A program made the position numbers and the translations under genes. A stretch of 64,000 nucleotides of DNA. Origin: a virus. The stretch spans positions 96,001-160,000 of IMG/VR virus record IMGVR_UViG_3300030419_007436. One strand, given 5' to 3'. Below, in pieces: positions 6,919-13,950 of the stretch (within the stretch, counting starts at the first letter, position 1; each line of letters starts with the position of its first letter). The notes beneath the pieces were generated by a model, which was not told the origin of the DNA, ran no database searches, and saw only the letters and a list, made by a program, of their open reading frames with translations.

Positions 6919-8001
6919 TTAGTCTGTCTGGTTGCCAGTCAGAATTTCAACGATGTAAGAAGAAACCTTTGTGCCGTTGTTGGCAGTGGCACTATGAAGC
7001 CCAGTGGTGTTCTCCAGTACATCGCCTTTGCCCACCAAGGTCCACAGCTTCATGAACGCCTCGGACGGAAGGGTCACTGAATAGTTCGCCAAGTTTTGAA
7101 CTTGTTCCTTTGGAAGTACCGTGGCAAATGTGTCCTTTGCTTCCATCTTCTCGATGAGAGCACAGTGCTCATTCAAGTCAAAGTTGGTGGTAGCGTCCAC
7201 ATTACCTTCAACCAATACCTCTTCGACCGTCACGACTCGCTCATAATTCTTTACGAAGTCGTTGAAAGCCACCGCAGCCTCAAAACCAACAAAGGCTGTA
7301 GAAAGGTTGAAAAGAAGAGGCGAAGCCTCTTCCACTGCTTCTGCCTGCACCAAACAATCATTCAGGCGTTTCCATGAGCGACGAGAGGGATAAACCTTGT
7401 TTGGCTCGAAATCATCTTTGTGGTCAAGATGGTTGCGGTTCTGATTAACAAAATCCCAGACAATGCCATGCACGTTAGTTTTTGCCCAATCAAGCCAGTC
7501 TTCAACAGAAGGCTCAACATCGAAAACCGTGTAACGGTCAAGCTCCGCTGGGTCCATTTCATTGACCTGATATTGGTCCCCATGCTCTCCACCGTTCACA
7601 GCAGCAATAACAATAGTTTCCTCGTGCAGAACCCAGCCAGCAATTTTTCGGCTGTCGGTCAACTCAAAGATGCCCTGCCGTACCTCAGTTGTCGCACGGT
7701 CAACTTCATCCAAGAAGAGGACCACAGGCTCAGTACAAGCCTGAATTAGCCAAGAGAAAGGCCGGAAAACAGAAGCCTGTTCGCCATTGACTTCAACCAA
7801 CTCAGGCGAAGGCATACCTAACAAATCACCCTCGGTCATCTGAGATGCACGACGCTCCACGACAGGCAGACCCATGCTCTCGGCTACTTGATAAACAACC
7901 TCGGACTTGCCGACGCCGTGGCGACCACGGAGTAGGATGGGTTTGCGAACTGCGATGACGTGGGGTGCACAGGAAAGAAATGTTTTGAAGTCGATTGCCA
8001 T
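6919..8001 (-). CDS. MoxR-like AAA+ ATPase
   Basis: Walker A GRHGVGKS, Walker B LFLDE, DPAELDR. Confidence 0.9.
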   Translation of the reverse strand: MAIDFKTFLSCAPHVIAVRKPILLRGRHGVGKSEVVYQVAESMGLPVVERRASQMTEGDLLGMPSPELVEVNGEQASVFRPFSWLIQACTEPVVLFLDEVDRATTEVRQGIFELTDSRKIAGWVLHEETIVIAAVNGGEHGDQYQVNEMDPAELDRYTVFDVEPSVEDWLDWAKTNVHGIVWDFVNQNRNHLDHKDDFEPNKVYPSRRSWKRLNDCLVQAEAVEEASPLLFNLSTAFVGFEAAVAFNDFVKNYERVVTVEEVLVEGNVDATTNFDLNEHCALIEKMEAKDTFATVLPKEQVQNLANYSVTLPSEAFMKLWTLVGKGDVLENTTGLHSATANNGTKVSSYIVEILTGNQTD

Positions 8002-8039
8002 GTTTTAAGCTCCTTTGTTTTCCGACCTTTCTGTATATA

Positions 8040-8068
8040 ATTATCTCACAAGGAAAGGAAATTGTCAA
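8040..8068 (-). promoter_or_regulatory. Early promoter P7
   Basis: TTGACA-17-GATAAT, TG extension. Confidence 0.85.
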
Positions 8069-8094
8069 GTGTTTTTTTGTTTTTTTTTGTTTTT

Positions 8095-8730
8095 TTAGTC
8101 CAAATAATAGCGAGAAACATACCAGTGACCATTAGCCCTCTGAAGGTCATCAATTTCACTTAGGGTGCCTTTGTCACTGCTATCGAACCAGCCCTCTGGA
8201 ATTCCAAAATCAACCGCACTAGAAGAAACTGGCCCAACCACTGAGAGAATATCGTTTGCAGAGGTACAGTATCCACCGTCACCTGTTTTCATCATTCGAT
8301 AAAGAATAAAGTCGCGGTGGCCTCGATTTGGGAACTGTTCCAACAGAAACCCGTTGTCTACTCGAATCTTTTGCCACTGGATCCGTTCCACCATCGCTGT
8401 CGAATCGCCGTGATTCCAATGGGTTACAGTAAAAAGTGCGCCCGGTGCAAGGCCCTGTTCTTGAAGATAATTATAGACTTGTGCACGCATGCGTATATTC
8501 TTTATCATTAGCCCTTCGCGGTCTTGTTTCAAAGCTGGGCATGTCCTGCGAGTGTGGCCGGTTTCCTCACAATAACCACATTTTCGACCTCGACTCTTGC
8601 GCTGTTGGTCACGGCGTGCTTCATAGCTGTCAGGGTTTCTCTGAATGTACTCCTTTCTGTCGGGGCATCCGTTTTTGTTGTGTCCCGTCTTGTAACACCA
8701 ACTGCAAGTAACTGTATTGTTCCAACTCAA
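8095..8730 (-). CDS. Protein with two CCHC zinc knuckles (211 aa)
   Basis: CSWCYKTGHNKNGC and CGYCEETGHTRRTC; TTG start with GGAG SD. Confidence 0.8.
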   Translation of the reverse strand: MSWNNTVTCSWCYKTGHNKNGCPDRKEYIQRNPDSYEARRDQQRKSRGRKCGYCEETGHTRRTCPALKQDREGLMIKNIRMRAQVYNYLQEQGLAPGALFTVTHWNHGDSTAMVERIQWQKIRVDNGFLLEQFPNRGHRDFILYRMMKTGDGGYCTSANDILSVVGPVSSSAVDFGIPEGWFDSSDKGTLSEIDDLQRANGHWYVSRYYLD

Positions 8731-8760
8731 TGTTTTCTCCTTTTCATTAAGTCCATGTGT

Positions 8761-8789
8761 ATTATCTCAAATATTTAGTGATTTGTCAA
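8761..8789 (-). promoter_or_regulatory. Early promoter P8
   Basis: TTGACA-17-GATAAT. Confidence 0.85.
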
Positions 8790-8795
8790 GAAGTT

Positions 8796-9092
8796 TTATG
8801 CGCCAATGTGCGAAGTGTCAGCGGTCCAGTCCACTTTTTTGACTGGCTCGCTCTCATGCAACTGTGTGGGTTCAATGCTGAAAAACTCTGTTTCACCACT
8901 GATTTCGGTCCATGCTTGCCAAAGTTCAACATCGGTCAAATCGTTGCAACTATTATCACGCCAATCTTCTAAAGTTTCGCGCATGACACTAATGCACCAC
9001 TTTTTTGCACCTTCTCTTGTGGTATGCGCTGTGGTGTCCAGACCATGCTTGTGATCGTGCATTGCAAGAAAAATTGTTTTTGATTGTGGCAT
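8796..9092 (-). CDS. Hypothetical protein (98 aa, MPQSKTIF...)
   Basis: Start re-assigned to ATG 9092 just after upstream stop. Confidence 0.7.
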   Translation of the reverse strand: MPQSKTIFLAMHDHKHGLDTTAHTTREGAKKWCISVMRETLEDWRDNSCNDLTDVELWQAWTEISGETEFFSIEPTQLHESEPVKKVDWTADTSHIGA

Positions 9093-9093
9093 A

Positions 9094-9219
9094 TTATTTA
9101 CACTCCAACACGTCGTATTTACCAGTGAAAATGTTTTTGTCAATGACGGCATCGAGATTGTGTTTTTCGATATAATTCACGGCGTCTGTTACGAAAAGAA
9201 ATGATGCTAGTGTTTTCAT
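9094..9219 (-). CDS. Small hypothetical protein (41 aa, MKTLASFLFVTDAVNYIEKH...); not in ORF track
   Basis: AGGAG SD; first gene after P9. Confidence 0.7.
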   Translation of the reverse strand: MKTLASFLFVTDAVNYIEKHNLDAVIDKNIFTGKYDVLECK

Positions 9220-9249
9220 TTTGGCTCCTTTGCCATCGTTTCTATAAGT

Positions 9250-9278
9250 ATTATCTCAAATTTTAAGGGAATTGTCAA
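9250..9278 (-). promoter_or_regulatory. Early promoter P9
   Basis: TTGACA-17-GATAAT. Confidence 0.85.
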
Positions 9279-9298
9279 GAAGTTTTTTCACTTTTTTG

Positions 9299-9958
9299 CT
9301 AAAAAGGCACGTCGCTGTAAGTCTTTGTTTTCCGTTTCTTTTTAGAATTGGGCTTACATTTTTTGATTTGACGTTCTTCAAAGACAAGAGGCATCGCGTC
9401 CCCATATGGCAAAACCTTATACTGCTTGCCGCCTTTCGCAGCCGAAACCACCTCGCTCAGTATTTCAAGCACCAAACAGGGTGTACCATCCAGCCGACGA
9501 TTGGCGTATTCTAGCGCAGGTCCGCGGAGTACAACAGTCGAACCAACGGCGTAGAGAGGAGTCGCATGGAAAGTCTCCAGCACCTTTACGGCGTACTTGT
9601 TTTCACACATTTTTTTGTACGCTTGGCGAGTAGGAACAAATTCAGGATTTTCCAGCACTTTCATGGCCAAGCCAGTGAAATAGCCAGCATTTTTGTAATA
9701 GTGCGCGACAACGAGTGCCGACTCTCTGTATTGAGATTTGTAAAGTTGTGTCCAAGATTTAGCATCTTCAATAGCCTCTGGTGTGCATTTCACTTCGGAC
9801 TTAGAAAAAATGTCAAGCTGCTTTTGAGACAAAGAGCCGCGGCGCGAAACCTGTTCTTGGATAGACTCCAAAAAACCTTTTTCCCAGTCGCTCAAAAGCG
9901 AACACTCAGCGTCTGTGTCTATGACATTTTGAATGCGAGCTAAAAGTTGTTCTTTCAA
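9299..9958 (-). CDS. Hypothetical phage protein (219 aa)
   Basis: TTG start with GGAG SD after P10; LSDWEKGFLESI...LSQKQ motif. Confidence 0.8.
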   Translation of the reverse strand: MKEQLLARIQNVIDTDAECSLLSDWEKGFLESIQEQVSRRGSLSQKQLDIFSKSEVKCTPEAIEDAKSWTQLYKSQYRESALVVAHYYKNAGYFTGLAMKVLENPEFVPTRQAYKKMCENKYAVKVLETFHATPLYAVGSTVVLRGPALEYANRRLDGTPCLVLEILSEVVSAAKGGKQYKVLPYGDAMPLVFEERQIKKCKPNSKKKRKTKTYSDVPF

Positions 9959-9987
9959 TGTGACGTTTCTCCATCGTGTTATAAGTA

Positions 9988-10016
9988 ATTATCCCACACA
10001 GTAAAGAAAAAGTCAA
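9988..10016 (-). promoter_or_regulatory. Early promoter P10
   Basis: TTGACT-17-GATAAT. Confidence 0.75.
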
Positions 10017-10042
10017 GAGAAAAATGAAAAAAAATGAAAAAA

Positions 10043-10231
10043 TTATGCCGGGGAGATAACCTCAATAAATTCTCTACCCATTGGTGCTCTGTATCCTGTC
10101 AGTGGGCCGTTCAAGGATACCAGTGTCACGCAGTTTGGAAGCTCCGTTCCGCAGCTATGGGCGGTGAGCATCGCTATGATATAGACCCCTTTCCTTACGG
10201 GAAGTACCGTCACCAAATCACCGACTTGCAC
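10043..10231 (-). CDS. KOW/SH3-like cassette protein (62 aa, MQVGDLVTVLP...IEVISPA)
   Basis: GTG start in junction J9. Confidence 0.85.
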   Translation of the reverse strand: MQVGDLVTVLPVRKGVYIIAMLTAHSCGTELPNCVTLVSLNGPLTGYRAPMGREFIEVISPA

Positions 10232-10241
10232 TGATTACCTC
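10212..10241 (-). repeat. Dual-coded cassette junction J9
   Basis: GAGGTAATCAGTGCAAGTCGGTGATTTGGT. Confidence 0.9.
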
Positions 10242-10397
10242 CAAGTTGTCGCGATGATACCAGTACGGCGCTTTATCGCGCTCAAGGGGAAATACGACTC
10301 CTATGAACGCACCCACATCAATTACAATTCCCATACCCTTCTTTTTCCACTGTGGGCCAAGATTCGCTCCATACCTCACTAAATCACCGACTTGCAC
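10218..10397 (-). CDS. KOW/SH3-like cassette protein (59 aa, MQVGDLVRYGAN...LEVISASR); not in ORF track
   Basis: Hand translation; junctions at both ends. Confidence 0.85.
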   Translation of the reverse strand: MQVGDLVRYGANLGPQWKKKGMGIVIDVGAFIGVVFPLERDKAPYWYHRDNLEVISASR

Positions 10398-10407
10398 TGA
10401 TTAGCTC
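10378..10407 (-). repeat. Dual-coded cassette junction J10
   Basis: GAGCTAATCAGTGCAAGTCGGTGATTTAGT. Confidence 0.9.
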
Positions 10408-10557
10408 CAAATTGCGCCGCTGAAACCACATGCTGTAGTCGGCACCGTTAAGCAGTGCGCGGATAGGGCCAATCGGGCGATTGTCCACTTCAGTTACAAT
10501 TCCGTAATAAGCGCCACCATTTCCCCCAACATATTTAACTAAATCACCGACTTCCAT
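10384..10557 (-). CDS. KOW/SH3-like cassette protein (57 aa, MEVGDLVKYVGG...LELISASR)
   Basis: Start re-assigned to ATG 10557 in junction J11. Confidence 0.85.
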   Translation of the reverse strand: MEVGDLVKYVGGNGGAYYGIVTEVDNRPIGPIRALLNGADYSMWFQRRNLELISASR

Positions 10558-10567
10558 TGATTGCCTC
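10538..10567 (-). repeat. Cassette junction J11 (array entry)
   Basis: GAGGCAATCAATGGAAGTCGGTGATTTAGT. Confidence 0.85.
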
Positions 10568-10861
10568 AAAAATAAAAATATTCTCACGTGTGTGTCTACA
10601 AAAATAAAAATAAATAAAATATAGGCTGCGTGCGCTGTCTTCACCGTCGCTCGCTAGACTCCTTTCCACTGGCTCTTGGCCTATCCTTCAGGAGAGTCAT
10701 TGAAGGTCTGTGTTATCATGTAAACACAGCCTATAAAAAAAAATATTACTTACGTCGTCACATCATCTTAGCACCTCCAAAAAAATACTCACTGTTGTTA
10801 TTAGAACAAAAAAAAATAATCTTGTCAACAAAAAAAAATAAAAATACTTCAAATAAAAATA

Positions 10862-11068
10862 TTAAACTCTTGAAACTAATTTTAATTCGGACGCGGGAGT
10901 CCAATCGACGCCATAGTGACCATCTTGGCTGCTGAACCAGCATACCTTCACTTGACCTAGTTTCCTATTATCATCCTTTTCTATTATAACCCCCAACCAC
11001 AAGGGCATTTGTGCCGAAGTATTTTTTGAATAGGTGGGCACCCATGAAACAATATCTCCTAACTCCAT
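10862..11068 (-). CDS. Divergent KOW/SH3-like family protein (68 aa, MELGDIV...LKLVSRV)
   Basis: Same protein pattern but without the DNA junction repeat. Confidence 0.7.
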   Translation of the reverse strand: MELGDIVSWVPTYSKNTSAQMPLWLGVIIEKDDNRKLGQVKVCWFSSQDGHYGVDWTPASELKLVSRV

Positions 11069-11087
11069 GAAATAAATATATATTTAA

Positions 11088-11684
11088 TCAAAAAATATCT
11101 TCATATGAAACAACGTTGACCAAATCAGCCATGTTGCTTGTATATTTTCCAACCAAGTCGGTGCGATTTCTTTCCTGAGCCTCTGCAATGTCCCATTTCA
11201 GTTGTTTGAAGGCCAGTTCGGCATTAATTAGATATTCAAATGTAGTTGTAATTGTGTTGATTATTGCCGTAGTTATGGAGCGTGATTGTGAAGAAAAATA
11301 TATTCTCTTTTTCTGTCGATTGATAAGGGCTACTTTTATTTCAACCGGTGCATCAGTGGGTCTTACCTTAAAGCTGCTAAACTTCACCTCCATTGAAAAG
11401 TCTTCAAACTGAAGGTGTCTTAAAGAAAAAAAATCTTTACAAAAAACAGATAACATAGAATTAAAAAGAGCATCTACCATTCCAACTCCAGACCCCTCAA
11501 TCTGTAAGTTGCCCCAATTATTAGAGAAAGCTAACATACACACCACAGTTGTTGTGTCTTTCTCTGCGCTCTCTGAAAGAGTAAAATCTTCAACTGACAA
11601 TTTTATATATTTTTCACCCAGAGTCTCACAAACAATCTTGTGGCACTTCTTTTGAAAAAGTTCTTGAGGAAATGAATTTATCAT
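11088..11684 (-). CDS. Stand-alone LeuA (alpha-isopropylmalate synthase) regulatory/dimerisation-like domain protein
   Basis: GSGVGMVDALFNSM...LQFEDFSMEV...DAPVEIKV...SRSITTA resembles the LeuA_dimer pattern. Confidence 0.6.
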   Translation of the reverse strand: MINSFPQELFQKKCHKIVCETLGEKYIKLSVEDFTLSESAEKDTTTVVCMLAFSNNWGNLQIEGSGVGMVDALFNSMLSVFCKDFFSLRHLQFEDFSMEVKFSSFKVRPTDAPVEIKVALINRQKKRIYFSSQSRSITTAIINTITTTFEYLINAELAFKQLKWDIAEAQERNRTDLVGKYTSNMADLVNVVSYEDIF

Positions 11685-12315
11685 CTGTATTAATTAGTTT
11701 ATTGGGACGCCCTACCACATATAATTTATAAACTAAGTAATAAATTAATGCTGCTAACATCATACCAGAAAACACATCTACTATAAAGTGTTGTTTCAGA
11801 GTAAGGGTAGAAATAGACACCAGAGTGGCCCAAACTATGTAGGCATACTTCATTAAAGGATTTTTTCGTATATACTCTGAAAGTGATACAAAAAATACTA
11901 GCAGCCAAGCAAATGTCACGTGCCCAGACGGGAAGGTGTTGTGGGGTCCGTCAATAGCATGTGTAAGGTTTACGAGCCACCCTGATGTCGTAGAGGTATC
12001 TGCAATTGCTTCACGAGGATAAAAAGATGGGAATAGTACATAAAATAAGCACATTATCGCCCCTGAAGATATTATTGCAAATATCAGCCCCAAAAATACA
12101 TTCCTTTTTTTAAACAAAAGGGTGCCTGTAAAAAAGATGACTGGAATTATGGTGTGATATATCCAAATGAATTGGGGAATAAAAGGAATTTGAGTATCCA
12201 CACTTGTCAACAAATCGTACTGACTTGCCCCGATTAATGATTGAATCAAAAAATATAATGCCATATAAGGAAAAAACGCGAAAAAAAGATACCGAGCTTT
12301 AACCTTTGTTGACAT
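11626..12315 (-). CDS. PAP2-superfamily membrane phosphatase/phosphotransferase
   Basis: FPSFYPR, NTFPSGHV, QHFIVDV motifs; several TM helices. Confidence 0.85.
   Translation of the reverse strand: MSTKVKARYLFFAFFPYMALYFLIQSLIGASQYDLLTSVDTQIPFIPQFIWIYHTIIPVIFFTGTLLFKKRNVFLGLIFAIISSGAIMCLFYVLFPSFYPREAIADTSTTSGWLVNLTHAIDGPHNTFPSGHVTFAWLLVFFVSLSEYIRKNPLMKYAYIVWATLVSISTLTLKQHFIVDVFSGMMLAALIYYLVYKLYVVGRPNKLINTDDKFISSRTFSKEVPQDCL
11691..11698 (-). promoter_or_regulatory. Putative late promoter motif
   Basis: ACTAATTA 6 nt before ATG 11684. Confidence 0.6.
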
Positions 12316-12447
12316 TCAGGCAGTCCTCCACATGCACTTATCCATTTAAAGAAAGTAAAAACAAAATTTAGGGGAAAGCGTGAAAAAAAATTCGCGCCTC
12401 TATAAATACATATAATTACAAAACAAAAAAAGAAAAAAATGTGTGAA

Positions 12448-12693
12448 TTATTTGAAAACTTTTTCTCTTGCAGTTTTAAAAAGCTGGGGTAAAAAGGACT
12501 TTTTTAGTTGAAGGAGCCTTTCAAACTTGGCTTTCTCGCGGGCACTGGTGTAGAGCGCAGTTGGTTTGCGAATTTCACCATCTATCACCTGATCGTTAAA
12601 ATCATAGAACTTTGATTTGACGTTTTTTTTAGGGGGCGCTGCGCTCGCCGTCAGCGAAAAAATAAAAATAGTTAGAGCTAAAAATAATTTCAT
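12448..12693 (-). CDS. Secreted CglF/GltF-like (adventurous gliding motility) small protein
   Basis: Signal peptide plus YDFNDQVIDGEIRKP...R.K.KFERLLQLKKSF pattern. Confidence 0.6.
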   Translation of the reverse strand: MKLFLALTIFIFSLTASAAPPKKNVKSKFYDFNDQVIDGEIRKPTALYTSAREKAKFERLLQLKKSFLPQLFKTAREKVFK

Positions 12694-13163
12694 TTGGTTC
12701 TCCTAGTATTAAATAGTTTGTCCGGCCACTCAACGGTCACTCCATAGTTTGCGTCCTGATTTTTTCCAGTGTGATGTTCGTAGTGCCAAGGAATATTTTT
12801 TTTAGCCCAAGCAACATCCAAGTGGGCGCGCCTATGATAATAAAAATATCTACCCGTATAAAACAATAAACCAATGAAGAAATATGGAGCAACAAAAAAG
12901 AACGGTACATGAGCAGCCACAAGGAGTGTCAAAAATAATATCTCTTTTTTTACGCTGGGAGGGGGAGGAAATTTCCTATAATCTTCATCAAAATTATCAT
13001 TTTTTCTGCATGTCTTGTGGTGAGAGTGCCAGTGGAAAGAAAAAATACTTTTTTTATTCTTTCCGAGGCCGTGCAAAATATATTTGTGTAAGAACCATTC
13101 CAAAAGGCCACTATAAATATATGCAACCATAAATGAAATAAAAATAAAGGAAAATTCAGGCAC
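12690..13163 (-). CDS. Fatty acid hydroxylase/sterol desaturase family protein
   Basis: His boxes EWFLHKYILH, HWHSHH, YYHRRAH, HYEHH; NYGV...DKLFNT. Confidence 0.85.
   Translation of the reverse strand: MPEFSFIFISFMVAYIYSGLLEWFLHKYILHGLGKNKKSIFSFHWHSHHKTCRKNDNFDEDYRKFPPPPSVKKEILFLTLLVAAHVPFFFVAPYFFIGLLFYTGRYFYYHRRAHLDVAWAKKNIPWHYEHHTGKNQDANYGVTVEWPDKLFNTRRTK
12710..12717 (-). promoter_or_regulatory. Putative late promoter motif
   Basis: ACTATTTA upstream of SD and ATG 12693. Confidence 0.6.
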
Positions 13164-13167
13164 GCAA

Positions 13168-13175
13168 TAAATAGT
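13168..13175 (-). promoter_or_regulatory. Putative late promoter motif
   Basis: ACTATTTA 4 nt before GTG 13163. Confidence 0.6.
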
Positions 13176-13186
13176 TTTTTAAAAAA

Positions 13187-13567
13187 TTAATGCAATGATA
13201 ACGAACAGTTTTCTTTCAATAGGTCTTCCTTCATCACTACCAAACTTTGAAACAAAACCGTGAAAGAGAGGGCTTCTTTCTCTGGAATTATGTAGGATTT
13301 AGTTTTTTTATCAAAAAGCCTCTCATCCATCATATCATTCAGAACATTTTCAAAGTGGCGGAGGCCAGCAAAGTACTCACACAAGATTGCTTTAGCCAAA
13401 CTATTAATGTCTTTGAGATCCCCCTCAAAAAGCAATTGGGAAACAATCTTTCTGTCTCGCTCTATTTTAAAAATGTATCTTAGACAAGCATCTTCATCTA
13501 ACACATAAATTATTTTCTTCTTCTTCTCTTGCAAGAATAATATACCTCTTTCTTGCCCTCTCTCCAA
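13187..13567 (-). CDS. Hypothetical protein
   Basis: ORF track; start uncertain (overlaps upstream gene). Confidence 0.65.
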   Translation of the reverse strand: MERGQERGILFLQEKKKKIIYVLDEDACLRYIFKIERDRKIVSQLLFEGDLKDINSLAKAILCEYFAGLRHFENVLNDMMDERLFDKKTKSYIIPEKEALSFTVLFQSLVVMKEDLLKENCSLSLH

Positions 13568-13950
13568 AATTTAGGGCTTTTTCTATCTTCTGTTACAAGC
13601 AACGCTTGAATTTGTTTCTGGCCATCTTTTTCTCTTATTTTAAAACTATAGGGCTTCGGTCTAAAAGACCCGTAAAGGGGCTTTCTGCGGCGCTTCTTGC
13701 CATATCTGCTCTTGGGCCTAGAATTAAGGAATCTGATGCAAGCAGCTACTATTTCTGCAAGTTCTAGGCCCTCCTTCTCCCACGCCTCGTAATCTACATC
13801 AAGATTTACGACCACAACCCAACAATCACGACCATATCCTTTGATGGGATAGTAACACGTCATGTATTGACCATACCTGTATTCAGATTCGTCAGTTGGG
13901 AACAGCGTCGATCTTTTCATTGGTATCAGTTTGCACGGAATTGTTTTCAT
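13510..13950 (-). CDS. Hypothetical basic protein
   Basis: ORF track; operon context. Confidence 0.65.
   Translation of the reverse strand: MKTIPCKLIPMKRSTLFPTDESEYRYGQYMTCYYPIKGYGRDCWVVVVNLDVDYEAWEKEGLELAEIVAACIRFLNSRPKSRYGKKRRRKPLYGSFRPKPYSFKIREKDGQKQIQALLVTEDRKSPKFWREGKKEVYYSCKRRRRK

Noticed and set aside
1164-10567. CRISPR array reading of the ~30-bp junction repeats
   Set aside because: Intervals are ~120-155 bp of variable length and code for protein in frame, the repeats are degenerate and non-palindromic, and no cas genes are present.
1164-10567. Integron attC cassettes
   Set aside because: Junctions lack the imperfect inverted-repeat attC structure, and no tyrosine recombinase is visible in the window.
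10384-10644. 86-aa N-terminally extended cassette ORF
   Set aside because: The extension is translated low-complexity T-rich DNA. The family start and SD lie at 10557.
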